DNA from: Yuukianura sp. NJ FZ-2021
Lineage: Eukaryota
Assembly (NCBI GenBank): GCA_046563655.1
Contig: CM102286.1
Location: 6,014,001 to 6,078,000 of the forward strand
Direction of reading: 5' to 3'
DNA length: 64,000 bases
Shown one piece after another: positions 37,901 through 52,620 of the stretch (positions within the stretch are counted from its first letter, which is position 1; each line of letters starts with the position of its first letter). The notes under the pieces were generated by a model, which was not told the DNA's origin, did no database searches, and saw nothing but the letters and a program-made list of their open reading frames with translations. Made by a program: the position numbers and the translations under genes.

Positions 37901-40900
37901 ACAAAACACAAGGGACGGAGGAGAGCGTGCTTCTTTTCTAGCTGATCGCCGTCATCTGCTCAAGAATAGCATGGGAACCGTGAGGAAAGTGGTAAAATTG
38001 ACATCGAAATCCTGTAAATCCTGCACGTTCTCCTTCCTGACCTTACCATTGCACAGAGTAGATTGTTGTGTTCTTTGGTACTGGAAACAAGCAGAGCATC
38101 TTCAAATCATCTCCTTCCTTTATTGGGCTTCCAAATACCAGATTCACGTCCTGTGAATTGAGGCCACTCGACTCTAGATTTTAAAAAAATGAAAAAAAGA
38201 CTAAAACTGTGATAATCGTGAGAATAAAACATGTACAAAAGTTACTTAGCCTTAACCTAAGTTCAGTTTAAAAAGATTCCTTTTCCACAGGGGTTAATTA
38301 AATTGTTAAGTAAAATTTATTCAAATGAAAATCTTGAATGTTACACTAATGAAACCCAAAGATCGTGTGAAATTGTATGTAAAAGTGTGAGTCAGCGATT
38401 TGGATAATTTGGATAGCCAATTTCCAATCAACATTTTGATTTCAAATCAGAAAGACAAAACAAACTTCTTTTTCAATTGAAAAAAATTAAACAATTTAAT
38501 TTCAACGCCGTGACAGGACTGGCCTTACCAAAACATTAGGCAAAGAATATAGCTTGCGTATTGGAATTGATTAGAATAAAAAAGAAAAGAAAACGCAAAT
38601 AGAAATCGTGAGTTCATTTCTACCTCAACACAACCTAACTTTATTCAAACTTGCATAATCTCAAAGTGAGTTTAGAACCCGGATTTGGCCTACTAATCAG
38701 GCCTCTTGTCAGTGAAATTTCCAATACTTGTCTATAATTAAAAAAATGATGATTCATGAAGTCTATATAGGTGTGAGAAACGGGATTATCAAGATTTTAC
38801 TCCTTTTCTCCCGGATTTTGCTTCCTTTTGATACGGTTTTTGGTAGTATTTGCACAACGTTCCAAAAACCATCTTAGTCCGTCACTGTTACCTCCAACTG
38901 CTGCTTCGGAAAAAGAGGCAGCATAGGAGTAATTCATTTTGTGGAATGAGCGATGAGTTTCATTTGTCTGTTATTTTAGATCCCTCTCACAGCATATGGA
39001 CTTTCTCCCTCTTTTGAAGAGACGTTCTTTTAATTGGAAGTTCAGAATAGGACACATTCCTCCTTTGGAAGTGGGAAGACCAAAGTGATCTTTGGAGTGA
39101 AATTCTTTTTTCAATGTTTGGAGAAGGAAGTGTGTGACAGACAAAGAGCAGGGGAAAGTGGGAAAAGCAAAAGTGAGCGGCGGAAAACGGTTTTCTCCTT
39201 TCAGACAAACCCTCTCCAGTCTTACTTTCTATAAAAGTGGAAGTGCAAAGTGGAGAAAAGTTAAAGTGAATAGTTGGATGTTTAAGGAACAAAAGGGAGT
39301 AACTATGGAATGCAGAGGAAGAGAAAATTGACTGGACATGGTCAAGGATGGCGCCTTTCTTTTGAAACAAAGACAGAAAAGGAACGGTTTTAACACTTTC
39401 TCTCCCTCTTCTAGCTCTTTTTCAAATACGGGCGGGAAGTTAGAAAAAACAAATGAGTTCTAAGGCTGGCAGCAGTGGAGTTCTGCTGTATCCTGCCGTA
39501 TAAGTAAAGAAAGCGACATCCTTCCTCTTCTTCCAATATTTTCCGTTCGTTCCGGATATGCCTCGATTGAACAAAAGGGAATGACGGCTGACCATTAAAA
39601 GGAAAAGTTTGGCAAATGCAACTTTCATTTTCCTTAAAAAAAACTCCAAGTTTCCTCTCTTTTTTCAATTACTTCACTAGACTAATTACTTATGTTCATA
39701 TCCTTTTATTGTGAAAGTTCCACTGAAGACTAACTTTTCATACTAGCGGTTTTAATTCGAAAACATTTAGAAAATATCAATCTCTGCCAACATTTAGAAA
39801 ATGTCAAACTTTGCAGAAAAACTTTTATCAAAAAAACCTAAAGTATGGATGTAAGTGTAAAAATAAGTTTTACAACAAAATATCGTTGCATCAAAAACTC
39901 ACTTTTTTCCAACCACTTTTCTAACTTTTAGCAAATCAAGGCTTAAAGCTTCTAAAATTTTATACTTACTTTTTAAAACTGGAAAAAATTGAGCCTTGTA
40001 ATAGTACGTCGTAAGTCAGAAAAACGCAATGCGACGAGGCTTCAGAAACCAAAACTTTTTGTTCTAAATCAAATTGAGAAGAAAGGCGCAAACGCAGCGG
40101 CATATATTAATGTTCTAATAAAATTCCAATAATTTTTAATTGCATTTATTCCTGTGTCTGCCAGTAATAAAGTTTTTTGGGTTTTCCGGCACTGGGCTGA
40201 CTACTATAAAATCATGAAATCCAATTGGAGAACCGGCGTGGCAGAGCCGCCATAAAACCGCAAGTTAAGTTTTAAGACTAAAAGTAGGTGAATTGTCTTT
40301 CACATCCAAAGAATCTATGAGTGATTTAACTTCTCTTTGAATTTAATAGGTCAGAGATGTTAAGTTATGCCAGATAGAATAACATAACTTACCGAAGCTT
40401 AGTTAAGTTAGTCAGACAAACAAACTTGTTTTTAGTACACAAGCAAAAGAAAAATTAAATTTGAGAAGGCGGACTGAAGATGCATTCAATAATCATAATT
40501 ACAACTTTATCAAAATTCTGAAACTTTCTAGACAAAAGTTTTCGACAAAAGTGAATTTTGTTCAAAATTTTCGTCCCTGAAGAATACCCGATCCGCAACA
40601 ATTTTTGATTACACAGTATGCTATAAGTTTTGGCTCATTTGCATTTTTTCTTTGTCATTGTTATTGTTCACCAGAGCCTTCGGGGTTTGAAACCACAACC
40701 TTCGCGCTCTAAATACTTAATTTCAAAGACGCATTTTTAGAAGTCTTTGGATGTTTCACCTAAAACCATTTCCTGACCCGCTTACAAATTGTCTGCTGAA
40801 CCAGAAATGGGCGCTTTTACACGTCGGTTGCCTCCCTATTTAGCATGAGTCTTTACTGCTCAACCACTATTGGCAAACCCTTTCTCCAGCATAGTATGCA

Positions 40901-42856
40901 TGATGAGGGTGACACATTCTACACTCCTCCAACATTCTTTGTTATAAGTGTTAGGTGCTAAGAAAATAATAGTGAAGAAGATTACAAGGAGCATTACAGG
41001 AACGTAAAGTATTATGGTTGTTCATCCATTCTACTACTAATGGTAGATGGCAGCACATGACAAAAGGGAGAAAGTAGCAAGAGAAAAAGAAAGCGTTGTA
41101 GAAGGCCAAAAAACTTTGGAGAACGTGAGCCTCAACCTACTAGTTTGGCATACAAAAGTGCTTTTATCAAACAAAAAGACTTTCTTCTGTCTCTCTCTCC
41201 CTTGCATTTAGAAGATTATAAAAAGAAAAGACTTCATTTTCATCCTCCAATTTCGATTCCAGTTCGTATAGAAAACACACGAAAATTTTGTTCTTTTTTC
41301 GGACGATTACGGAGGAGTGGCTATAACAATTTTGTGGGAACAGGAAATTACCTTTTCCGAACCCAGAGCATTTTTTTTAGTTCTATTTCTTAACGACTTC
41401 TTTTTTGTCTTTAGCAGTTTCAGTGTTTCTGTTCAATATTTATGAAATAGTGACACATTTAGAACCTAAGCCTGTTTCAATTCTGATTTAATTTTTATAG
41501 TTGAGTTTAAATTTTCCTGAATTTTTGTAAGTTCTTTTGAAACTCAAAATGATAAGCGTAGAGGACGGATCTAAGCTCAAAGGAGATACGCTAGACATAA
41601 ACAGAAGAGAAATTCATATTCATCATCCCGAACTTGTCACACGATCAGTGCATATCTGCATTCCAAGGACGATAAAATCATTGTAGCCAACCGCTTCCGC
41701 GTACATTTCCATTTTGAAACAAGACTTTTGTTTTGTATTTTCTGAAATCTGTAGTCGTCGCGAGTCATGCTCGACTCGTGGGACTACTGAATATGGCTGG
41801 TGGTGGTTGTTGGTGGTGGCTCTGGGGATTTTGCATTGAAGAAATACAAAGCACTTTCTCTTCCTCGTGCATGAACTTTTTTTTCTTTTGCATGTTCCGT
41901 CGTTCCATTCTAAATCCACCATTTCATGTTCATCCCTCTCAAATTGATGTCAGAAAGCTTTGTCTAGTGTTCATAAAATTCTGAAAGCGTCTCAAAATAA
42001 AAAAAAATACGTAGAACACGAGACGTTTTCATATTTTTTTCGTTTCTGTAAAACATCCCTACTCAACTTGTTTTTATTAATCATCACCCAGCGCAGAAAT
42101 GTTATGAAAAAAGGCCGCTTTTGGACCAAAAAGTGCAACTCTAAGCTATTTGCATTCCTAAGCTTCCGTAACTGCGGGCGTAGGGTCAAGTGATTTTAAC
42201 TGTAAAAGAAAACTAACAACGTTCCGTACACATTATAGTTCGGTTAGTACTTTGAGAACGATAAAAAATATTTTGTGTAGGATTTAAAATACGTTAGTAT
42301 TTTGGCTTATTTTGTGCAAAACCGTTCCAAAACAAAGCAAATTATGTTCTCTTGGTTTAGTAATTCAAACTGAAAAGATGTATGTTTGAAATAAAAAGTT
42401 TACAAGCAATAACAAAAAAGGAATGAAAACTCTTAAAATCCTTTGGGATGCAGCGAGTCATAGTGAAAGAAAAATTTGCGACAGTTTCAATTTTTTCTTG
42501 CTTTGACGCTTAGCTTTGTTATTTATTCTTTCAACTCTTTATGAATTTTCATTTAAATTTCACAGAAACCCTCCTTTTTCTCATTCCGTGTTTTATACAT
42601 TTCTCAAGGGTGTCCCGCTCTTGAAAGTCCTTCATCATTTCTATTCATGATTTTTTAAAAGAACGTTAAAATTTGTCGCGGAGAAACGCTGGAATTCAAA
42701 AAAAAATTCTCTCCGGAAATTTCACGTAAAGATAAATTTGCACTCAAAAAATGTGAAACATACAAAAATTCATGTTTTACCTGTAATTAATAAAAGAAGA
42801 AGAATTCCCATTACAGCGCAAACGTTGTTCGCCTTAGTATTTGGTTCTATCTTCAT
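34969..42856 (-). CDS. Beaten path (Beat)-like Ig-superfamily cell-surface protein, 298 aa, 7 coding exons, probable GPI-anchor signal
   Basis: Exons 42856-42781, 38173-38047, 36903-36819, 35822-35687, 35599-35454, 35376-35112 and 35030-34969; all GT-AG, phase-consistent, 897 nt. Signal peptide; Ig1 LKMLC...IYSVQWYKGQREIFRY...SGNLSCEVT; Ig2 ANCTSSPSKPAANITFYIND...GKIRMRCEATL; hydrophobic tail AFTFLVTLFIPTVLYH. Confidence 0.9.
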
Positions 42857-45800
42857 CTTGATTTTGGTAATAAAATGACACTTTTTGGTTTCGGTTGCTC
42901 CTTTGGCCGTGTGCTAAAGCTATCAGCAGCCTCCGTCCAATTTCCACATTTTTGTGTCCCCCTAGAATGTGAGATGAGATTAATGTTGTTTCAAGTGTCT
43001 CACAAAGAACAGAATTGATGGTGATCTGGTAATGACGGGCAAGAGGTCTTGTAGAGCTTTCTCTTCGAAGTGGCTATTTTCCCAGGGTCAGGAAAATTGA
43101 ATTAACGGGAGACAGCAGCGATGCTTTCGGGACTGAAGGAAGAGACTCACTACAAGGAAAAATAAAAAGGGGAGGAAAAAATTCTTAATGGGACGAAAGT
43201 TGTAAAGACAAAAGTTGTATTTATGTGTCCCCGGTTCGAGACTCTGCGACAGTAGCAAGATTTTACTACTTTCACCACCGACATGTGCAACCTTTGTTTT
43301 ACTTTCTGGAAATGTTCCCACAATTTTCAGTCTCCCGGCGACAAAACAAAACTTCTCATCTCTAGCAAAAGAGAAAGCAAGAGAAAGCGCGTGCGCTGGT
43401 TTTCCTTTTGCTTTTTCTGTTTTGTTCATCCCGACCCTATGGAAGTGCGTGGGTTAGGTTAGCCTCCGCTGCTCAACTGCTCTTGTGGCAGAAGTAAGTT
43501 GTTAAGACGTGGAATGACCAACATTAAGTTGCGGTTGACGAGGGGTAAAGCGGGGCAAGGAGCCACTGGAAACTCTAATAAGATATGACTTAGAAATGAC
43601 TTCACTTCAACTGGAATGTTCTACAAACGGCTAAAACTGTATTCGCGGGGAGACGGAGGTCAAAGAGATCAAAGGACAGTAATGAAACTTTGGTTTGAAC
43701 TTCAAACTTTATTAGAGTTTACTGTGTGTTTACGGAAGAGACCGATAGTGTATTTATTGATTAGTTAAGGCAGCTAAATTCCATTACACGTTATTTTATT
43801 TTTACTTCTATTACTACATTTTTTCACTATAGAGCATGTAAGGTCAAGCGTCAAAATCATTAATAGAATTCCGCGTGATGGTCCAAAACTTATGAACTTT
43901 GTTTCTCTTCCTAAATAAATTTTTAAAAAAGTTTTATTTTTGTTTTATATGGCTTTGTAATACGGAGCTTGGGTTTCTAGACAAAAAAAATTTTGCTTGT
44001 AAAATAGAACATGGATTTCAAAGGGATTTGGAACGCAGAATGTTGTGCCGAGAATCTTAAATTCTAAAAGAAAAATGTGACTTAAAAGATCATTAAGGAC
44101 TTCCCGTCTAAATTCACCCCAGGAGATGGAGACATGAAAGACTTATGAAGAGTTTGGTGTTACTTTCACTCCTTTTCAAACTTCATACTGCGGAGCTTAA
44201 GAAGTCTCTAAATAACAAAATCACACTTTCGTCCTCCGTCGAGAGACTTAAGTGTTGTCACTTTCAAAAAAAAAGTTTTAAATAGGTTTTTCGGTTTGTT
44301 TTTAAATATACTCAACACAATGAAAAAGAAACTTCAGAGAGACATACGAAACTAAATCACGGCTCATAAGTCTTTCTTCAATAAAAAATCTTTTGTCTAG
44401 CATTTAATCACACCTAGCCATTTCCAATTGTTCTTTAATTGATCACACAATTCAACAAGTCTCGAAAAGATTTGTTTCTTGAAATCATATTTTTTTTACT
44501 TAAGCTGGTTATTTCTATGTAAGACAAGACCTTGGCGTAATTTCCAAAACAATAACAAGATGAGATTTGTTTGACTTAAACAGTTGACACAGCTTCTAAA
44601 ACGTGAATTCTGATTCACGTCCTCAACTTGTTTTTTGTGAGTAACGTAGCGTACCAGATGTATCAGATCACATTAACTCAAAACATTCTTAGTAAAACTT
44701 ATATAAGAAAGCTTTTCTTTTCCCGCTTTCTGTTCAAAGGAGTCCATCAACTATGGTTGGAAGACTGTCAAGAGACTCCGCTAACCCAATTAAGTACTCT
44801 TACCTTTTGAAGTTGATATTCTGCAACACACGAAAAGTGAAAGGCAACTAAGGAAGCTAAATATCCTTTGGCATCAAACAAACACGGCTCTATTCTCTAA
44901 TGGCTCATTGGGATGTAATACAATGGAGGGATATCGGTTACAAAACAAATTTAAGTTCCCGCGGTCCTTTAAATATGTTTCCCCAGATAAAAAAAAATTC
45001 GCATTCCACCAATTAAAATATGACGTAGGCTAATTTCTAATGACATTGTCTAATTGCAAAGTCGTACATAGATTTCAGTACGACTTGGACTTTTCCGTGT
45101 TTACATTTTTTTTTGCAATTAAGCTTTCTGCAACAAAAATTAGTCCAATTGATTTTTCCTGCACTTTAAACTTTACTACCATTGAAGGTTCAACTAAAAC
45201 TTGTTTTCAGCAATTAAAAAAAATCGCTTTTAGCTAACTACTATTATAAAATAATTGACGTAAGCTAATTTTAATTAAGCTGTTTCTGTCCACGGGCATT
45301 GAATTGTACGCTTTGACTTTATCCGGGTTTAAAATTTTACTGCAATAAACCTTTCTGTATTTATGTATGTAAACGGTACAGCAATTGGATTTTCCTCTAA
45401 TTAAATATTACCGCATTTGAAGTTACTTCAATTAAAATGAGCTTTCACCACTTACGTTAATAGACCAGACCGAATTTTTTAATTGGCTAAAAAATTTTTA
45501 AAGCGAGAAAATCATTACTTCATTTTGCAAACGATATCTCTCCATATCAATACTTCCCACGCTACCTTGTCGAAAAAAATGTATGTATAAGAATGAACTT
45601 ATTTACAGTGAAATCCTAAGAAGCCATTGGTACTTTTCTTGTTTTCCATTTTTTGATGAATTACATCGAAAGTGAGATATTTTGAATGGTACTACTTGAC
45701 TCCCATGAATGGCGTTGCATTTTGCTAAAAAAAAAGTGTTTTCTTGTCGCTTCCGCCTACGAGGTGGAGATAATAAAAGGATTTAGGAAAATAAATGTTC

Positions 45801-47903
45801 TCATCTTGAACACATCTTAATTCAAATAGAGGTTTGTATTAGGCTCTAGGGACAGTGTCTCCCTGTTCTAAAAGTAGATGGAAAAATCATTTCTATGGTG
45901 TGATTTATTCCAACCCTTCCGTTGAAAAAAAAGAACAAAAAACTTAGAAGGAAATAAAAAAAAGGAATAAGAAGAATTGCGACTTTTTCAAAGAAAGTGA
46001 TTTTGTAAATGGGTTTCAGGACTTTCTCTCTTCATGCTTGTCGTTCCGCCCCGAAACTTCCTCCGCTTACTCTGTGGTTTTAGTGTAATCGTACCGACTT
46101 CAAATATTTTCTAATTTCGATAGTGAAATAGTCACAAGTGAACAAGGCGTGACTCACAACCGTGATTTTGCCGAACAATGGCAAGCTACTTTTCACTGCT
46201 ATGAAGAACCTAACCTCAGTAGATTCAAAAGGCGAAAAATATTATTCCAATCATACAAAACACGTTAAAAATCGAAACCTTTTCTTTACAGCCTACTAAA
46301 ATTGCAAATACAATGGGAGATTACATTGTTGCAGTCTGCCCGCAGTGTCAGTTTTAGCTTTAGGAGGCTAAACTATTACTCGACGACTAATTGAAAATAC
46401 TTTTAACACTTCAACAACAATTCCTCTGGCTACGTGTTTAGGTTAGGTTCATTTTATTATGGAATTTAGAAAAAATTGCTAAAAAGCAGAGAAAGTACTT
46501 TCTCCAAACGGAAGCCACAAAGAGGACAGCAGAGGAAGATTAATATAATGACCATTGTTCCAGCTGAGTTAGAAAAAGAGGGGGATGTTGCCAGTATAAG
46601 ATCCCTGAGGGGAGATGGGGGGGGGTCGGCTATGTTAGGTTTGGGGGGGTTTGCTTTCTCTGTAAATGGAGAAAGTAGAAAGGGTTGGAAGACCCGTCTG
46701 CATTACATTAAAACTTTGGTCAACAAGGGTTAGGACCCCTCCAATTCTCTGACATCTTTTTTAAAAGACAAAGTTGGTAAAAGTTGGTTGGATGCTAACA
46801 AAGTAGTATAAAGGCTCCAAAGTGCTCCCACTGAAGAATGGCTTACTTTCTCTCTCTGCCTCCGAAAGTTGTAATGGCTACTTCCATGAATCAAATTCTG
46901 AAGAGGGTCTCTGGGACTGAGACCTATGGGCTATCCTCCCTCATATTGATTACACTTGTTTCTTTTTTGCATTCCAAAATGAAAGTCCGGTGACAGAATG
47001 ATATATGGAACTTTCTCCCTCCCTTGTCTTTGTCCCGTTTTTTTAAAAGTTCCTTCTACTATTCCCCTTCCAAAACTGAACAAAAATGTATTGTACATTT
47101 CAGTAGACACAGTTTCAAGTGATAGTGTTAGAAACAATTTCAGTGTCTTCCAACTGCTCATCTTCCAATTTTATATTCCTTTACTGAAATTTTCTCTTTC
47201 CTTTACATCCCCTAAACTTGTCTCTCCATTTTCAAGGAAGTGAAAGCAAGACCTTAGACTTCCTTCTGTAAAAAAGACTCATCACATTTGGTACCATACA
47301 GAAAATATCCGCTATGCAGTGGTACTAAAGTTAGTGCTGTTAGGGAGGGTTATGAATGTAAATTTTAGGACAACTCTAGTACTTCTCTTTTCCAAAATTC
47401 AAGACGCTTCTAACGTCCGTTTCATACTTCCTGTCTTTTACTTTACTTGATTTCCAAAGCTTCCGTTTCAACATTTTTTTGTCAAATTGTAAGAAAATGG
47501 AGGATGCCTCTTGGCTCTTTAGCTTCCTTAGGGTGCACGAGAGATTCAATTTTCAAAAATGCAGTGCAAGTCTTTGCTATCTTTTCGAAAAACTATAAAG
47601 CACAATATCATGAATCTTTTTCAAGTTGTACTACTTTCAAATGAAGTGCAAAATGTCCAGATTCCAAAGCCGTCCAGAGAAATTATGGCAAGTGAGCAAT
47701 TTTTTGCGAGCAACGAAAATGGATGTAAGTGATAAGATATGTGATGTCAAGTATATCAAGAGTGACTGAAGTTACACTTGAATTGAGTGACACGTTACCA
47801 AAGACGACGTGGCTAATTTAGTGTTTTAACTTGTAAGTTCAGCTCCAAATCAGTCTAAAAAAGAACACGATACAAAGTTACACGAGGAATTACAAAAGTC
47901 GCA

Positions 47904-48704
47904 ATGAAGTTTGTGTTAATCTGTGCCATTTTCTACACACTTTATATTTTCGGAGCAAACGGGAGCGCATCTGACACAACAAAAAGTAAAATATTGAAAT
48001 TTTAAAAATTCAACCTCAAAATTATTACCTTGCTAATTCAGAGTATTTTGTCCTAAATTGTAGGCAACTTGATACAGACCCTGAAAGATGGATTTTTGAA
48101 AAACGGATTTCCGCGGCTAAGTGCTTACGACGCTGCAAAACTAGTCGACGAAACACAGGAACTTTACGTCGATTTAAAAGCTAAACTGCAATCGTCAAAA
48201 TTGGGCAAATCTACAACTACAGAGCTAAACAGTGAAGTAATTGGCAATGGATTTTCTGTTCTTATATTACTTCAAAAGTTATACACAGACAGCCTCACCG
48301 CTTTTGATGGTGTTCTGGATCAACTCGTTGAGATTCGCAAGGAGCAGAGAGCTGCAAATCTAAACACTGGAGAAGCCTTTCTGGGAATGTACGAAGCTAT
48401 TACAAAAGGAGAGGATGCAGATGAAGGCGAGAGTTTCATGGGTTCAGTGAGGGAACTTGTCACTTCACTTTCGACGGCTAATCAGGATTTAGTAAAAGGC
48501 ATGTACAAATTGGCCAAAAAACGCAAAGACCTTCGCAAGGTTATGGACATTCACGAAAACACGGCAGCTGAACTTAAGAAAATTTGCTCAAAATATGCCA
48601 AAATGGCAAAATTGCCAACTGAAATGGAAGGAAAAATTTGCGGCGTTGCTGAACCAGTTGTTACACTCATTGTCCTAGGTTCTCATTATGGCTTTGTTAA
48701 TTAA
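47904..48704 (+). CDS. Secreted, probably all-alpha-helical protein of unknown family, 240 aa, 2 exons
   Basis: Exon 1 (47904-47985) encodes MKFVLICAIFYTLYIFGANGSASDTTK with a signal peptide. A GT-AG intron at 47986-48063 is in phase with exon 2 (48064-48704). AATAAA lies about 100 nt after the stop. Confidence 0.85.
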
Positions 48705-51700
48705 TTGTAACAATTCGTTAATTGGTTATGTCTTAAACGGAGTAAAAAGATGGCATGGTTCAGCAAAACCACATTAATTTAAGAATTCGGTAAAAATTTT
48801 CATAATAAAAAATTATTTAGCTGTGAATGTGACTTCATGTAACTGTGCTTCAGGGTGTAAAAAAAAGCATTGCTTCGTTATTTGCAAAGTTTTTGAAAAT
48901 TTATTTAGTGTTTTGCAATTTATTTGCTTGTTTCTTTAGAAAAAGTTGGAAGTTGCAAACCCTTGGCTTATGGAAACAGAATTCAGCGTTACTGCTAACT
49001 GGTTTATAAAAGTTTAGCCTCTAATCTTTTAAGGCCCTTGGTGCAATGTAAATAGTTGTTGACAATAGAAAAGGAGAATCAACAAACTTTCTCCTTGGAA
49101 GGAAAGTCATGAATAAAAGTCTTTGCAGTAAGGTTAGTCGTAGGCTTGTGTGCGGCATATTGTCTGCTGCCAGGTTTCTATGGATTGTACAGCAGGGACT
49201 TACGGCTTGACACTTCCTACTTCCTTCAACTCTGAAATGCAATTCCAGAAACTTGAAGAAAAGCCAAAACATTCAAAGTTTCCTTTAGCAATTTCTTTTG
49301 GTCTAACTTTTGTAACTTTGGAGGCAGAATAAGTTAGAATGTGGGACACAAAGGTGCTTTTGTCTGTAAGGTGTTTGCTATTTGACACCCGACGCAGGCT
49401 GTGATGCATGACGCTGGAAATTCATTACACATTTTAAATTTTCTTTAAAAATAGAAGTTAATTAAAGTTACAAACTACTAACATCACCTCAAATTTCCTT
49501 AATTGCTTGCAATATGAGGAATATCATTTAAAATTTTGTTTGTGAATGAGGAGTAATTTAGTGAGCCAATTTCCATTTCAGTTGATGAAAAAGTGACGCA
49601 TGTGTCTCGTGTCAGTTAGTTTTTAATCTCCGGTCGATGTAGTTAATGCCAGAACCTAAATAGAAGAGCATCATTAGATAATAGAAGACAAATATTCTCA
49701 CGACCTCTTCATCAAATTCCCATCGCTCATTTGGCCTATTTCTTTTCAGTGTTTATTATCATGCTAGGATGGTAAACTCGCGATGAGTGGACTGGCGGGT
49801 AATTTGTCATTTCCTGGCCTTTTGTTCATCTCCAGCTTTTTGTATTAATGGACAGCTCTGACCGATGTAGCGAAACGAGAAAACATGTCAACCTACTTGG
49901 CAAGCACTGTTTGTTTATTGGCTAAAATTTAATACCGAAGTGGAACTTTGACCTATCCGACAATTCCAACCTTCTAGGCAAATTTTTTCTCAATTTTAAA
50001 ATCAGTCACGAGAATTTATTATGGGTTAACTCATTTATAACATGAAATTCAATGTGCACAAATCAGCATGAAATTTAAGTTAAGCAAGACGAGAATACTA
50101 GACTTAAATGAAAAAAGTCCGGAAGACAAGGCTAAGCATATGTGCAGTTCCTGGAAATTTTTTTAACTTAGTTAAAAGAATTTTCCAAAAACTGTTCTGT
50201 ATCAAGGATGAAAGGAAAACATTTCGTAGCGCAGAAAGTCTTGAGTCATAAAACGCAAGGATGAAATTTCTTGTCTCAGATTTCAGAAAAAGAGGGTTTT
50301 AGAGAAAGTGGATCTTAAAACGACGTCTGAGGAGGGTAGAAATTTCGAAGACCTTCAAGAACCTAAGGTTTTGAAAAGTGTAGGGGCAATGGAAGGAGGG
50401 AGAAAGTATGGATTTTGGTGGATGAAAGTCTAGTGTTACTTTCCTGGGCTACGTTTCTAGAATTGGGAAGGAAGAGGATGATGGGGTGAGTCGATCAGTT
50501 GCCCATTTCTTTTCTAAGGATGATTGAGTCTGACTTCAAAATGAACCCAATCCAGGATAATAACACTCATAATAAGTTTCAACAGCGGATCTTTATGATA
50601 CTACTAGATATGGTGCTCAGTAGTTTCAAAACCTACAACTTGTCGAGATTGAACAAAAATGTATAGGTTTTATCTGGAGCAATAAATATATCGTTCCGAT
50701 TTTGATTCACTAACAGCATTTCCGGAGAAAGTCACGCCCCTCATGAATTCGACTCCTACTATACAGAACCCTACAATTTTTGAAACTATGTCTTGAATTT
50801 TCAAATTTTGTATTCAAAAAAGCTACTTAATACATTCAGATATTTTGTTAAGTTTTCGTATTTACGGTTGAACTGTATAATATTACGCTTCAGTTTCTTT
50901 GAATTCTTTCATTTTAAAATTACGATTGCTGGCTGAAGGACATGCATCATGCTACAGTGCAAGCAATTAAGTAACCTACTGCTTTCTCTTCACATTGCGT
51001 TCCGCTTGTTGAAGCACGTTTCTCTAAAAATTACTTTAAATGCCGAAGGCGTATCGAAAAAAAAAAGTTAGGAGAAAGTGGATCAAATTTAAAATGAAAT
51101 TTGGTCCTTCAAAATAAGATCACTTTTAAAAAGAAAAGAAAAAAGTGGATGCCAAATTCCGCCCCTTTCTATTCCCACCCTACCCACGTTATTATTGTGC
51201 AGTCAGCGATGGATGCCGTACAAGCTGAAAAACTGGTTAAAGTTAGCTTGAGCAAAATATGAAGGGAGCAAGACTAAGCTTTCAATGAATTCAGAATGAG
51301 GCATCCCGCTTCCTCTTACATTATTTAGTAAGCCTTCCATCCTGCGACGCAGCATTGCCGTGCCCGTGTGTGCTATTTTTCCACCCAGTTTTTCATAGTT
51401 GGTCACATACCCCATCAGTATTTCACTACACTTTCCACGTTTCCACGAAAGATTTGCTCCGTTCAATGTATGTTACTATTTGGGAGTTTCAACATGCATA
51501 CATGTATGAAATGTAGGGATACAAGCCTCTTTTTCCACAGAATACACAATCTCAGATGTCGTCAAACATGAAATACTGGCAGTCGGGCGTAAGGCATTGA
51601 CTTATTAAGCCATACGTCGGTAATTCAAATTTGAAATTGAGTAAACCCGCGAAAATTTGAACACAGCTTGTATGACCTCCTCAAACATTGTATGTACTAG

Positions 51701-52488
51701 TATCTAGGAGGTCGCATTATGAACCGCGTACAAGAGAAAAGGTTACTTGGAATTTTTTAGCCAATATAGTTAAATCATATCAAGCATTACAACATCACCA
51801 AAGCTTCCATCTGGGAGTTTGAAAATTTTTGGAACTTAATAACTAAATCGAAGCTCTTCTGTTCAAACTGAAAACAGTAGGAATTCAAATATCATGAACC
51901 ATTGTGTATATCAACCGGGGAGAAACTGAGAAACAAGAGAAAAACAATGTATTCAGAATGCAACTGCGGCAAAGTGTATGCCTTTGTGTCCCAGGTGAGT
52001 ATTTCCCTCTTTCTTTCTAGCGTACTATGCAACTCTTTTGACACGTTGTTATGGAGGCGGTTTTCAAGAATGGGAAAATTGAGGTAGGAAACAAAAGGAT
52101 GCGAGAGTGTTGTTTGCCTCCAGGAATTATGAATTATGGCGACAAGAATAACATAGACAAAAAAAAACGTTGACATCTGCTGTACACAATGCTCCAGGTA
52201 ACTTTCATTTATAAATGAATATAAATTGGACTTGTGCTTTTTAACACACACAAAAAAGCCGTACATGGAAATGTGGAAAGTGCAGAAAATGGTAGGATAA
52301 ATTGAGATATGAAACAAACTGTGAAGTACCTTTCACTCTGGTTTGCTTCCGATGTACTTATTTTGTACTGTTCGTTTCCTATTGTGTTTTCTTTGAGTTA
52401 TTGCCAGGACAAAAAGTAGGGGAGTCGAATGGAATATGCCTTGCCCCTCCCCCCCCCCCCCACCATACGACAATACATTTTGGATTTA

Positions 52489-52620
52489 ACTAGCCGGATA
52501 CCCGTCATGTGTACACATCACGAAATTAACTGCAAGCACTAAGGTCAGACTTGGGGCAAATGAAACGCTAGGGGATTTTTGATAAAGTGCTAAAAATCAT
52601 GTTGGTTCATGTCAAAAATG
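52489..52620 (-). mobile_element. Helitron-like 3' end fragment, same family as 12712-12888
   Basis: ACTAGCCGGATACCCGTCATGTGTACACATCACG...CATGTCAAAAAT aligns by eye with 12712-12841. The right boundary is unknown. Confidence 0.65.

Noticed and set aside
40675..40710. tRNA B-box-like motif on the minus strand
   Set aside because: No A box or cloverleaf; at most a SINE remnant.
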